Translations under genes and position numbers: made by a program
Assembly: GCA_015056415.1 (NCBI GenBank)
Contig: SVGJ01000005.1
Location: 1,845-65,844, forward strand
Direction of reading: 5' to 3'
DNA length: 64,000 nucleotides
Origin: Clostridiales bacterium
GTDB lineage: Bacteria; Bacillota; Clostridia; Christensenellales; Aristaeellaceae
The notes under the pieces: model-generated
The model's database searches: none
What the model saw: the letters and a program-made list of their open reading frames with translations, nothing else
What the model was told of the DNA's origin: nothing
In this document: piece by piece, positions 9,227 to 17,998 of the stretch
Numbering within the stretch: position 1 is the stretch's first letter
How the letters are laid out: the number at the start of each line of letters is the position of its first letter

Positions 9227-9835
9227 GTGCGTTTTCTCAAATCCGTATGGCAGGCGGGCGCTTCGCAGTTCAAGTTTTTCCTTGTGGTGCTGCTGGGCTA
9301 TCTGTTCCAGGTATGCGTGATGCCCTACCTGCGCATCGGCGATGTAACGCCCAGCATCCTGTTTGCCATCACGGCCATCGTGACCATTGGCTATGGCAGG
9401 CTGCGCGCTGTGTGGGCAGGCTGTATTTACGGCATTCTGATGGAAACCATGTGCCCTACCATCCGTATGCTGAATCTGCTGCTCTATCCCCTTACCGCCG
9501 GCTTCATGAGCATGTTCTTTTCCGATAAATCCGAGAAAAGGCTTGAATACGAACGTTCGCTGGGCAAGGCCGGCCGCAACGTGAATCCCTACCTGCGCAC
9601 CATTGGCTGCGCAGCGGGCAGCATCCTCATTTATGAGATCGTCAACCTGCTGTATATCTACCTTGGCGGCGCAGTGCTTTCCGGCTCGATCATCGGCCGC
9701 GCGCTGTCCAGCATTCTGTGGACCACGGTGTTTACCGCCATCATCATGATCCCTGTGCGCCGCTTCCTGGGCTTCAAGAAGCTCAAGAAGGACAAGCCGC
9801 CGGAAAAGCCCCATTTCCAGATCGGACGAGCCTGA
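9227..9835 (+). CDS. mreD: Rod shape-determining protein MreD
   Basis: Polytopic membrane protein directly after mreC; GTG start behind GAGGAGGA RBS. Confidence 0.7.
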   Translation: MRFLKSVWQAGASQFKFFLVVLLGYLFQVCVMPYLRIGDVTPSILFAITAIVTIGYGRLRAVWAGCIYGILMETMCPTIRMLNLLLYPLTAGFMSMFFSDKSEKRLEYERSLGKAGRNVNPYLRTIGCAAGSILIYEIVNLLYIYLGGAVLSGSIIGRALSSILWTTVFTAIIMIPVRRFLGFKKLKKDKPPEKPHFQIGRA

Positions 9836-9898
9836 TCACCCCAACCGCAAGCGGGCGGCCGCGCGCTTATGCCAGCCGCCGGAAAGGAGGTCATCCCC

Positions 9899-12460
9899 GT
9901 GAACAAGCTGCCTCAGGGCATGAAGTGGCGATATGTCGCCTTCGTCGCGATCCTGCTGGTCATGTTTGCTTATCTGGCCTCGGGCCTTGTACGCCTGCAG
10001 CTGCAGAATTCCGAGGATTACGCCCTGGACGCCGAGGATACCCGCACCAAGACCATCTCTCTGCGCGGCAAGCGCGGCAACATCACCGACGCTGATTCCG
10101 TCATCCTTGCCGAGGATGAGCTGGTCTACAACGTCACCTTCTATAAAGACGTTTCCAGCACCAGCCGCGCCAGCTACCTCTCCTTCACCCAGTCCATTAT
10201 CGATACCATCGACATCATCGAGAAGAACGGCGGCGAGCTCGCCATCGATTTCGTGATCGAGCGCAATGAGGAGACCGGTGAATGGCAGTTCAACTTCGGC
10301 TCCGGCGTCAGCGAAAGCGTGCTTGAAAAGCGTGAGCAGCAGTGGCGCAGCAATAACTACGTAAGCGTTGGCTCTTACCCCACCCCCGCTGACTGTATCA
10401 AGCGCCTGCGCGAAAAGTTCCGCATGGCGACCACCCAGGAGGAGCGTCAGGCGCTCCTGGATTACGACGCCGGCAGGGAATATGCCTACGTCGATGTGGT
10501 CCTGGTGGACGAGGCGACCATGCTCAAGGTCATGGCTGTCTTCTCCGAGATGCAGATGAACGTGTTCAACTCTCAGCCCATCGTTATCGCCAAGGACGTG
10601 AAATACGAAACGGTCATCGAAGTAGAGACCAAGTCCATGTCCCTGGCCGGCATGGAGATCTCCGTGGGTACCAAGCGCGTTTATCCCCGCTCCACCCTGG
10701 CCAGCCAGATCATCGGCTATACGGGCGCCATCCCCAGTCAGGGCAAGTGGGCCGAGCTCCAGACCAAGGGCTATTCCTACAACGATACCATCGGCCGCGA
10801 CGGCATCGAATCCTCCATGGAGGATTGGCTCACCCAGAACTCCTCCCTGCGCAAAGGCAACCGCCTGGTGGAACGCGATAACTATTCCAAGGTCGTCCGT
10901 GAGCTCTCCTATACCGAGCCTCAGGACGGCAACAATGTGAAGCTCACTCTCATCGCCAGCTACCAGCAGGTGGCCGAGCGCGCCATTGCCGATAACGTGA
11001 ACACCGTGCGTGATGAGCAGGAATCCCTGATGGTCAGTGATTCCTGGCTCGAAGCCAATAAAGAGGACATCGCCAACCGCGATTGGCAGAAGTACCCCAT
11101 GGCGCTGGCCGAGCATGGCTGCATGATCGTCCTTGATATGCAGGACCGCGTGCTGGCCATGGCCAACTTCCCCACCTACGACCTGAACGCCCTGGTCGCC
11201 GGCGGTGACGACGCCATTGCCATCCTGGCGGACGAGCGGAACCTGCTGCTGAATTACGGCATCCACGCCCGCGGAACGCCCGGCTCCATTTTCAAAATGG
11301 TCACCGGCTATGGTGCTCTGGCCGAAGGCGAACTGGAGGTCAATGAGCGCATCTCTGACATGGGCTACTACACCACCTACAACAACGATACCAACACCGC
11401 CCCCCGTTGCTGGATCCCCCTGAGCAGCGTGGGCAAGCAGCACATGAATCAAACCATCGTCGAAGGCCTGACCAACTCCTGTAACTATTTCTTCTACGAG
11501 ATGGGCAGCCGCCTGGGCGAAGAACGCCTCTACCGCTACGCCTCCCTATTCGGCCTCACCTCCCGTACCGGCATTGACCTTCCCGGCGAGGTGCGCAGCG
11601 TAGTCGGCTCCCAGAACACCCTGTACGATACCACCAAGGCCATGAACGAGGCCAGCCAGGATACCTCCCTGCCCATCATCGTTTTCAACTCCATCAAGAA
11701 GCATCTGCGTGCCTGCGGCGCCTCACGCAACCTGGAATACGATGACGAGCGACTGTCCGTATGCGCCAAGCGCCTGATGGACATGGCCGTCAATTATCCC
11801 GAATCCGCATGGCTGGACAATATGCGCACCATCCTGATGGAAGAACTGAACATGACCAAGGAAATGGTGTACCTGCAGGCCGTCATCGGTGATACCTACA
11901 ACTACATGAACGATATCAAGTGGGGCGGCGCCCAGACGATCCTGACAGGCATCGGCCAATCCGTTACGGTGATCACCCCCATCGCCGCCGCGCGCTATGT
12001 GTGCGCCATCGCCAACAACGGCTATGTGTACAACGTCTCCATCATCGATTCCATCATTTCCCCCGAGGGCGAGATCCTCACCCAGCGCGAGCCGGAGCTG
12101 ATCAACAAACTGGAATATGCCGATACTTACCTGCCCCTGATCCGGCGCGGCATGAAGGGCGTGGTTGACGATACTGGTACCGCCAAGCGATTCTTCCAGG
12201 GATTCCAATACCAGGATCACATCGCCGCTAAAACGGGTACTGCCCAGGTTACCAGTATCGACCTTGAGAACAACGCATGGTTCGTGACCTTTGCCCCCTA
12301 CGACAAGCCGGAGATCGCCATCGCAGTGTTCATTCCCAACGGATATTCCGGCGGTTACGCTTCCCCCGCAGCCCGCGACTTTATCCAGTGGTACATGGAT
12401 CAGAAGACGCTCCGCACCACCGATTATGTCCTCCCCTCCGGCAACAGCCTCGCTCCCTAA
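9899..12460 (+). CDS. mrdA: Penicillin-binding protein 2 (elongation transpeptidase)
   Basis: N-terminal TM, SIFK (SxxK), SCN (SxN) and KTGTA motifs; GTG 9899 behind AAGGAGG. Confidence 0.9.
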   Translation: MNKLPQGMKWRYVAFVAILLVMFAYLASGLVRLQLQNSEDYALDAEDTRTKTISLRGKRGNITDADSVILAEDELVYNVTFYKDVSSTSRASYLSFTQSIIDTIDIIEKNGGELAIDFVIERNEETGEWQFNFGSGVSESVLEKREQQWRSNNYVSVGSYPTPADCIKRLREKFRMATTQEERQALLDYDAGREYAYVDVVLVDEATMLKVMAVFSEMQMNVFNSQPIVIAKDVKYETVIEVETKSMSLAGMEISVGTKRVYPRSTLASQIIGYTGAIPSQGKWAELQTKGYSYNDTIGRDGIESSMEDWLTQNSSLRKGNRLVERDNYSKVVRELSYTEPQDGNNVKLTLIASYQQVAERAIADNVNTVRDEQESLMVSDSWLEANKEDIANRDWQKYPMALAEHGCMIVLDMQDRVLAMANFPTYDLNALVAGGDDAIAILADERNLLLNYGIHARGTPGSIFKMVTGYGALAEGELEVNERISDMGYYTTYNNDTNTAPRCWIPLSSVGKQHMNQTIVEGLTNSCNYFFYEMGSRLGEERLYRYASLFGLTSRTGIDLPGEVRSVVGSQNTLYDTTKAMNEASQDTSLPIIVFNSIKKHLRACGASRNLEYDDERLSVCAKRLMDMAVNYPESAWLDNMRTILMEELNMTKEMVYLQAVIGDTYNYMNDIKWGGAQTILTGIGQSVTVITPIAAARYVCAIANNGYVYNVSIIDSIISPEGEILTQREPELINKLEYADTYLPLIRRGMKGVVDDTGTAKRFFQGFQYQDHIAAKTGTAQVTSIDLENNAWFVTFAPYDKPEIAIAVFIPNGYSGGYASPAARDFIQWYMDQKTLRTTDYVLPSGNSLAP

Positions 12461-12675
12461 GGGGACTTTGTCCCCTTAGGAATCCCCTGCCCCAAGGGTA
12501 CCGCCCTTGGGAATCCCGCCAAAGGGGCTTTCAGCCCCTCTGGACTCCCTGACCCAAGGGCGCCGCCCTTGGGAATCCCGCCAAAGGGCTTTCAGCCCTC
12601 TGGACTCCCTGACCCAAGGGCTCCGCCCTTAGGAATCCCGCCAAAGGGCTTTCAGCCCTCTGGACTCCCTCTTTG
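12459..12675. repeat. Tandem array (~3.5 x 60 bp) of paired GC hairpins in the mrdA-minD spacer
   Basis: 12541-12600 and 12601-12660 are nearly identical; 7 short hairpins of two alternating types. Confidence 0.85.
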
Positions 12676-12777
12676 GGGAAGTGTTGGTTGGTGGTTTCTT
12701 TGCAGGGGTCACGGCGCGCAAAGGGCGCGCCGCGACGCGGGCATCTGACCTTATTCCTGATTATTTGAGGTGATTTC

Positions 12778-13593
12778 ATGGGCCAGATTTGGATGATCGC
12801 TTCCGGCAAGGGTGGCGTAGGCAAGTCCACCATTGCTTCTGCGCTGGGTGTGGCATTGGCCAGGCGCGGCCTGAAGGTCTGCATTGTTGACGCAGACATC
12901 GGCCTGCGGGATCAGGACGCTATTCTGGGCGTGGCTGACCGCATCGTTTATGATCTGGTGGACGTGGCCAACAAGGATTGCCGGCTGCCTCAGGCGCTGG
13001 TCAGCCCTGCTGATATACCTGGCCTGACCCTGTTGCCCGCGGCACAATTCCGCCGCGCCAAGGAGCTGGATCGCAAAGCCTTCCGCCGTATTCTTCTTCT
13101 GCTGAAGGAGACCAATGATCACGTCATCATCGATTGTCCCGCAGGGATCGAGCGTGGACTGCGCGGGCTGATGAACGAGCTGATCGACAAGGCCATCGTC
13201 GTCTGCACCCCGGATGACGTGTGCATCCGCAACGCGGAGCGGGTGGTGACTCTCCTGCAGGAGAAGGAGCTGCCCCGTCCCCAGCTGATCGTCAACCGTC
13301 TGGATGCCCAGCTCGTCCAGCATGGCGAGATGTATTCCGCCCGCACCGTGGCTCAGACCCTGGATCTGGATCTCCTGGGCGAAATCCCCGAGGAGCCCAT
13401 GGTCTATCGCGCACTGCTCAGGCACATGAGCATCATGGATGTGGAATGCGAAGGCTGCGAGGCGCTGGACCGCATCGCCCGCCGCATGGCCGGCTTTGAG
13501 CTGGATCTTCCCGCCTATGGCGCGGCCAAGCCCGGCATCCTCCGCCGTTTGTTCGGCCCCAAGCTCAAGGAGGTCAAACGTCTTGATTGCTGA
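12778..13593 (+). CDS. minD: Septum site-determining ATPase MinD
   Basis: Deviant Walker A SGKGGVGKST, DADIGLR, C-terminal amphipathic helix ILRRLFG. Confidence 0.9.
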   Translation: MGQIWMIASGKGGVGKSTIASALGVALARRGLKVCIVDADIGLRDQDAILGVADRIVYDLVDVANKDCRLPQALVSPADIPGLTLLPAAQFRRAKELDRKAFRRILLLLKETNDHVIIDCPAGIERGLRGLMNELIDKAIVVCTPDDVCIRNAERVVTLLQEKELPRPQLIVNRLDAQLVQHGEMYSARTVAQTLDLDLLGEIPEEPMVYRALLRHMSIMDVECEGCEALDRIARRMAGFELDLPAYGAAKPGILRRLFGPKLKEVKRLDC

Positions 13594-14806
13594 AAACAGG
13601 CGCTCACGTGCCCATATTGATAAAACGCTGCTTTTCCTGGTTTTCGGCATGGCTGTTTTCGGCGTGCTGGCGGTGTGTGTCGCCACCTATTCCACCGATT
13701 CCAGCGCCGAGGCCTCGCTGCTCAACCACATCGTCAATTCCTCCTATGCCGTCAACCAGTGCATTTTCCTGGCTGTGGCGCCCTTCATCGTGCTGATCGT
13801 CTGCAACATCCCCTACGACTTTATGCGGCGCCATACCGATCTGCTCTACTACGGCATCACCATCCTGGTTTTCCTGGTATGGATCTTCAACCGTGCCGAG
13901 GGTGTTAAGGCGTGGCTGGACGTTTTGTGGGGCTTCACCATACAGCCCTCGGAGTTCGCCAAGCTATCGATGATCCTCATGCTGGCCAAGACCCTCTCAC
14001 GCTACGAGCAGCCCATGAGCACCGTGAAGGATTTCATGCGCGTGATGGCCCTGCTGGGCATTCCCAGCGGCATCATCCTTCTTTCGGGCGAAACCGGCTC
14101 CGTTCTGGTGATCTTCTTCCTGTTCGCGGTGATGCTCTTCTTCTCCAACGTCAACCTGAAGCTGCTGCTTTCCATGGCTGCCGTAGCCATTCTGGCCGTG
14201 CTGGCGTTGTATGGCCTCATGGTGGCCACCGGCTCTGATGACTACCGTCTGGCCCGTATCATGGCCTTTATCAACCCCGAGCTTTCCCCCGCAGACGACG
14301 CCTATCAGCAGCTGCAAAGCATGATGACCATCGGCTCGGGCGGTCTCAAGGGCATTGGTATGTTTGTGGATGGCTCCATGTCCCAGCTGAACTACGTTCC
14401 TGCCGACTGGACCGACTTCATCTATGCCACCATCGGCGAAGCCTTCGGCTTTGTGGGCTGCATCAGCGTGCTGATCGTCTATCTGCTGATCATCCTGCGT
14501 ATGCTCTACCTGGCCCGCTACACCCGCGATAAATTCGGTATGCTGATCATTGTAGGCGTGATGGGTATGCTGATCTTCCACGTGTTCGAAAACATCGGCA
14601 TGACCCTCGGCCTGATGCCCATTACAGGTATTCCCCTGCCCTTCCTTTCCTACGGCGGATCCAACATGGTGACCAACATGGGCGGCGTTGCCCTGGTGCT
14701 GAACGTCACCAAGAACCGCAGTCTGTCCGCCACGGTGCTCACGCCGCAGACACAGGCAAACGCTTACCGCGAAAAACTCAGACGGAAGCAAAAGCTGTTC
14801 CGCTAA
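13583..14806 (+). CDS. rodA: FtsW/RodA/SpoVE family glycosyltransferase (RodA by context)
   Basis: SEDS-family polytopic protein with PSEFAKL and LPFLSYGGS motifs; TTG start 9 nt after AAGGAGG, overlapping the minD end. Confidence 0.9.
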   Translation: MIAENRRSRAHIDKTLLFLVFGMAVFGVLAVCVATYSTDSSAEASLLNHIVNSSYAVNQCIFLAVAPFIVLIVCNIPYDFMRRHTDLLYYGITILVFLVWIFNRAEGVKAWLDVLWGFTIQPSEFAKLSMILMLAKTLSRYEQPMSTVKDFMRVMALLGIPSGIILLSGETGSVLVIFFLFAVMLFFSNVNLKLLLSMAAVAILAVLALYGLMVATGSDDYRLARIMAFINPELSPADDAYQQLQSMMTIGSGGLKGIGMFVDGSMSQLNYVPADWTDFIYATIGEAFGFVGCISVLIVYLLIILRMLYLARYTRDKFGMLIIVGVMGMLIFHVFENIGMTLGLMPITGIPLPFLSYGGSNMVTNMGGVALVLNVTKNRSLSATVLTPQTQANAYREKLRRKQKLFR

Positions 14807-14891
14807 ATCAGCTTTGCCCCCAAGGCAGCCTTTGGGCTTCTTTTCAGGGAACGCGGGATGGTCATTGCCCTATAGCTTCCCGCTCCATAAA

Positions 14892-14923
14892 CAACGCCCC
14901 GATACATAACGTATCGGGGCGTT
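14892..14923. terminator. Bidirectional hairpin between rodA and the aldo/keto reductase
   Basis: CAACGCCCCGATAC-ATAAC-GTATCGGGGCGTTG. Confidence 0.6.
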
Positions 14924-14936
14924 GCTTCGTATTATA

Positions 14937-16055
14937 TCAGGTGCACTCCTCATGGATCTCCTGCAGATACTGAATGATCGGCAGGTGTTGGGGGCAGGCA
15001 GCCTCACACTGGCCGCACTGCACACAGCGGGAGGCGTCGTGCTCATCAGCGATGACCTTGGCATAGCCATCCTTGTAGCTTGCCTCAGCGCGGAGCATAC
15101 TGGTATCGTAATTCTGGAAGATATGAGGGATCGCCACGCCCATGGGGCAGGGCTGGCAGTAGCGGCAGCCGGTGCAGCGGGTCTTGGTGCGGGCGATGTA
15201 GGTCTCCTTCACCTTGACGTAAAGTGCCTTCTCCTCCTCCGAGAGCGTGGGCTGCTCCGGCAGGTCGAAGATGTTCAGGTTATCCACCAGCTGCTCCCAG
15301 GTGCTCATGCCGGAAAGGATGCACTTCACCTCGGGCATGGTGTACAGGTAACGGAACGCCCATTCCACCGGCGAACGCTGATCCTGATACTGGGCATAGG
15401 CAGCCTTCACGTCCTCGGGCGGGTTGGCCAGCAGGCCGCCGCGCAGGGGCTCCATGATCACCACGCCAATGCCGCGCTTGCCCGCCTCGCGGATGCCCTC
15501 CAGCGTGCACTGATTCTCATCGTCGAGGATGTTCATCTGCACCTGGCACATCTTCCAGTCGTAATCGTTGAGAATGCGCATGAAGGCGTCGTAGCCATCG
15601 TGGAAGGAGAAAGCAGGATAGCGGATCTTTCCCTGGGCCAGGGCTTCATCCAGGAAGCTCTTGTAGTCATACTTCTGCATTTCCTCCAGGCGCTCGCCGT
15701 TCATGGCGTGCATCAGATAGAAATCGATATGATCCGTCTGCAGCTTGGTCAGCTGCTCATCCAGCAGGGCCATCATATCCTCATGCTTATGCACGTTCCA
15801 GCAGGGCAGCTTGGTGGCCAGGATGACCTTTTCGCGGTAGCCGTCCTGCAGGGCCTTGCCCACGATGATCTCGCTCTCGCCGCCGTGATAGGGATAGGCG
15901 GTGTCGATATAGTTTACGCCGCTGTCGATGGCATGACGGATCATGCGGATGGCCTCTGCCTCATCGATCTTGCCGTCCTTCACAGGCAGGCGCATGCAGC
16001 CAAAGCCCAGCATGCTGGAGGTCAGGTCCGTATTGGGGAACTTCGTGTAAAACAT
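14937..16055 (-). CDS. Aldo/keto reductase with C-terminal 4Fe-4S ferredoxin-type domain
   Basis: GFGCMRLP...YIDTAYPYHGGESE AKR N-terminus; CTGCRYCQPCP and CVQCGQCEAACP cluster motifs. Confidence 0.85.
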   Translation of the reverse strand: MFYTKFPNTDLTSSMLGFGCMRLPVKDGKIDEAEAIRMIRHAIDSGVNYIDTAYPYHGGESEIIVGKALQDGYREKVILATKLPCWNVHKHEDMMALLDEQLTKLQTDHIDFYLMHAMNGERLEEMQKYDYKSFLDEALAQGKIRYPAFSFHDGYDAFMRILNDYDWKMCQVQMNILDDENQCTLEGIREAGKRGIGVVIMEPLRGGLLANPPEDVKAAYAQYQDQRSPVEWAFRYLYTMPEVKCILSGMSTWEQLVDNLNIFDLPEQPTLSEEEKALYVKVKETYIARTKTRCTGCRYCQPCPMGVAIPHIFQNYDTSMLRAEASYKDGYAKVIADEHDASRCVQCGQCEAACPQHLPIIQYLQEIHEECT

Positions 16056-16071
16056 TGTTTCGCACCTCTCT

Positions 16072-16872
16072 TTACAAATAAGGGATCATATCGCTAAGCC
16101 TGCCAAAGATCAGGTCAGGCTTCACATCGGAAACAGCCACATCCTCCATGGTCGCCTCGCCGGAGAGCACAAGAATGCCTGTCATGCCGTGATTTACGCC
16201 GGTGGCCACATCAGTATACAGCCGGTCGCCCACCATAGCCATCTCTTCAAGCGCAAAGCCGGTGCGTCGCAACGCCTCCAGCACAATACCCTTGTGTGGC
16301 TTACCCAGAATGATGTCCGCCTTACGCCCGGTGCTGGCCTCAATAAACGCCATGATCGCGCCCATATCCGGGATGAAACCAGTCTCCGTGGGACAGTTGA
16401 AGTCTGGATGTGTGGCAATATAAGGCTTGCCTGCGCGGATGTAATCGCAGACCTTGCACATCTTGGCATAATCCAGCGTCGTATCGAAAGCCACCAGCAC
16501 ATAATCCGGCTCTTCCTCCACCAGCTGCAGGCCCATGGCCGTCAACTCTTCGGCCAGCATGGGATTCCCCAGCAGATAGCACCTTCCGCCGGGATACTTT
16601 TCCAGGCAGTAATGGGCCGCCGCGTGGCCGGAGGTGATCACATCACGGTATTTTTCATCCACGCCCATACGCTGAAGCTTATCGGCATACACCCGTGCGG
16701 ATTTGGAGGAGTTGTTGGTCAAAAACCGTGCCGTGCGCCCGGTTCTTTCCAGCGCCGCGAGAAACTCCAGCGAACCCTCGATCAGCCGGTCGCCCAAATA
16801 GAACGTACCATCCATATCCAGCAAAAAACAGCGCACACCGGAAAGCCTGTCACGAATCTCCGCGTCCGTCAT
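16072..16872 (-). CDS. HAD-IIA family hydrolase (NagD/PGP-like sugar phosphatase)
   Basis: FLLDMDGTFY (DxDG), FLTNNSS and GDRLYTD motifs; GAAGGAGG RBS before ATG 16872. Confidence 0.85.
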   Translation of the reverse strand: MTDAEIRDRLSGVRCFLLDMDGTFYLGDRLIEGSLEFLAALERTGRTARFLTNNSSKSARVYADKLQRMGVDEKYRDVITSGHAAAHYCLEKYPGGRCYLLGNPMLAEELTAMGLQLVEEEPDYVLVAFDTTLDYAKMCKVCDYIRAGKPYIATHPDFNCPTETGFIPDMGAIMAFIEASTGRKADIILGKPHKGIVLEALRRTGFALEEMAMVGDRLYTDVATGVNHGMTGILVLSGEATMEDVAVSDVKPDLIFGRLSDMIPYL

Positions 16873-16975
16873 ACCATGCCTCCTTCGTTGCGTTTGCAAC
16901 ATTATACCACACCCCTCGCCAAATGGGAAGCACCCTCCTGACGCTAATATAGTATAACTTTTTTCAAAAAAGTGC

Positions 16976-17004
16976 TTGACAGCACCCCCTGCTCATGCTA
17001 TAAT
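16976..17004 (+). promoter_or_regulatory. Sigma-A type promoter for tRNA-Pro
   Basis: TTGACA (16976-16981), 17-nt spacer, TATAAT (16999-17004); about 38 nt upstream of the tRNA. Confidence 0.6.
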
Positions 17005-17041
17005 CATATTCGTTCGCTGGACAGGCGATCGAAAAGAATAT

Positions 17042-17115
17042 CTGGGTGTGGCGCAGTTTGGTAGCGTGCTTGAATGGGGTTCAAGAGGCCGGAGGTTCGA
17101 ATCCTCTCACCCAGA
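17042..17115 (+). tRNA. tRNA-Pro (anticodon GGG)
   Basis: Hand-folded cloverleaf: acceptor CTGGGTG/CACCCAG, D arm GCGC/GCGT, anticodon stem CTTGA/TCAAG with loop ATGGGGT, T arm GGAGG-TTCGAAT-CCTCT; 74 nt; CCA not encoded. Confidence 0.9.
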
Positions 17116-17185
17116 CGCAACGGTTCCCATCCGAACTTTCTCCCCTTGCGAAAAGGCCGAGTAATGTGTGTGACCGTGGAACCTT

Positions 17186-17221
17186 AAAAAAGAACCGGGA
17201 CGATTGTCCCGGTTCTTTTTT
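17186..17221. terminator. Bidirectional terminator at the left prophage end
   Basis: AAAAA-AGAACCGGGAC-GAT-TGTCCCGGTTCT-TTTTT. Confidence 0.7.
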
Positions 17222-17259
17222 GCTCTCAGAAGACCTTCTTCACGTTGGCTCCTCCCCTC

Positions 17260-17703
17260 TTATGCCCCCACATCGGGCGGCTCGTCATGTTTCTGCTTCA
17301 GCTGTTCCAGCGCATTCAGCACAACACGCGGGAACGGCACGCCGGCCAGCGAAAGATTCTCCAGGATGGAAAGTCCCTCATTGGCCACATAAAACCAAAT
17401 CATCGCCGTACGGAAGATAGCCGCCTCGCCACCCAAGGCTCTGTCCAGCAGCGCAGCCATCAGCACAACGAGGATCATCAGAGCCTTTTTGCCGATGCCT
17501 ACAAAGCCCACCTTGCTGTCCAGGTGGCCGGATTCGGTTTTCTGGCTCTTGCCCATCCATGCAACAATCAGGCCCGTAGCATAGTCGATCACCATGCAGG
17601 CCACCAGCACCATCATCATCGTATCGAAGCCTCCGAACAGGCCAGCGATCGCGCCGCCAATCGCCGCCAGCACCTTCATGATCTTGTCCCAGGTCGCAAT
17701 CAT
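17260..17703 (-). CDS. Phage holin (phage_holin_4 / TcdE-like family)
   Basis: About 147 aa with 3 TM segments; MVIDYATGL...GLSILENL signature; directly downstream of the endolysin. Confidence 0.8.
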   Translation of the reverse strand: MIATWDKIMKVLAAIGGAIAGLFGGFDTMMMVLVACMVIDYATGLIVAWMGKSQKTESGHLDSKVGFVGIGKKALMILVVLMAALLDRALGGEAAIFRTAMIWFYVANEGLSILENLSLAGVPFPRVVLNALEQLKQKHDEPPDVGA

Positions 17704-17725
17704 TCCCTTCTCCTCCTTTCCCGCA

Positions 17726-17986
17726 TCAATCCGGCAACATGATCTTCTGCTTGTCGATCTTCTCGTACACATCCAGATAGATCTCGCCCTTGTCGCCGTT
17801 GAGCGTAACTTCAAAGAGGAGCTTGTCCCGCAGGGGCGTGGCCAGAATCACCTTCTGATTCTGGAGCGTCTTGCATTGCCACACCACAAAAACATCCTGC
17901 CACCCTTCCGGGGGCTTGCGATTGTGGTTGGCATACCAGCCCCACACCGCTTTCTTCGCCGTCACCATGAAATCATAGGTACTCAT
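17726..17986 (-). CDS. Hypothetical phage protein (lysis-cassette associated)
   Basis: 86-aa ORF between endolysin and holin, same strand, tight spacing. Confidence 0.55.
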   Translation of the reverse strand: MSTYDFMVTAKKAVWGWYANHNRKPPEGWQDVFVVWQCKTLQNQKVILATPLRDKLLFEVTLNGDKGEIYLDVYEKIDKQKIMLPD

Positions 17987-17998
17987 CTTCCATTCCTC

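Noticed and set aside
6575-9814. 1079-aa minus-strand ORF spanning mreB, mreC and mreD
   Set aside because: It is antisense to three strongly recognisable plus-strand genes. The translation is low-complexity (G/R/H/A/D-rich) with no motifs. Long antisense ORFs like this are a typical artefact of high-GC coding DNA.
9836-11452. 538-aa minus-strand ORF inside the PBP2 gene
   Set aside because: It is antisense to a gene with clear SxxK/SxN/KTG motifs. Composition is G/D/A/V-rich, with no RBS or operon context.
12459-12675. Possible CRISPR array, or a coding repeat (ORF 12531-12899 translating GVQRAESPLAGF repeats)
   Set aside because: The whole 60-bp unit repeats, so there are no unique spacers and it is not CRISPR-like. 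No cas genes are present. The ORF starts inside minD on the antisense strand, and the other frames through the repeats contain stops.
12778-13593. minD reinterpreted as an orphan ParA/Soj partition ATPase
   Set aside because: The C-terminal amphipathic membrane-targeting helix and the position inside the mre-rodA cluster favour MinD. No parB or parS is nearby.
14922-16097. 391-aa plus-strand ORF overlapping the aldo/keto reductase
   Set aside because: It mirrors a gene with clear AKR and Fe-S motifs. The translation is leucine/alanine/glycine low-complexity.
17042-17115. tRNA-Pro as a phage-borne tRNA, or as a classical tyrosine-integrase target with a duplicated 3' end
   Set aside because: The tRNA has its own consensus host-type promoter and lies outside the phage terminator. 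The integrase is a serine recombinase. No direct repeat of the tRNA 3' half was found near 57.8-58.6 kb.
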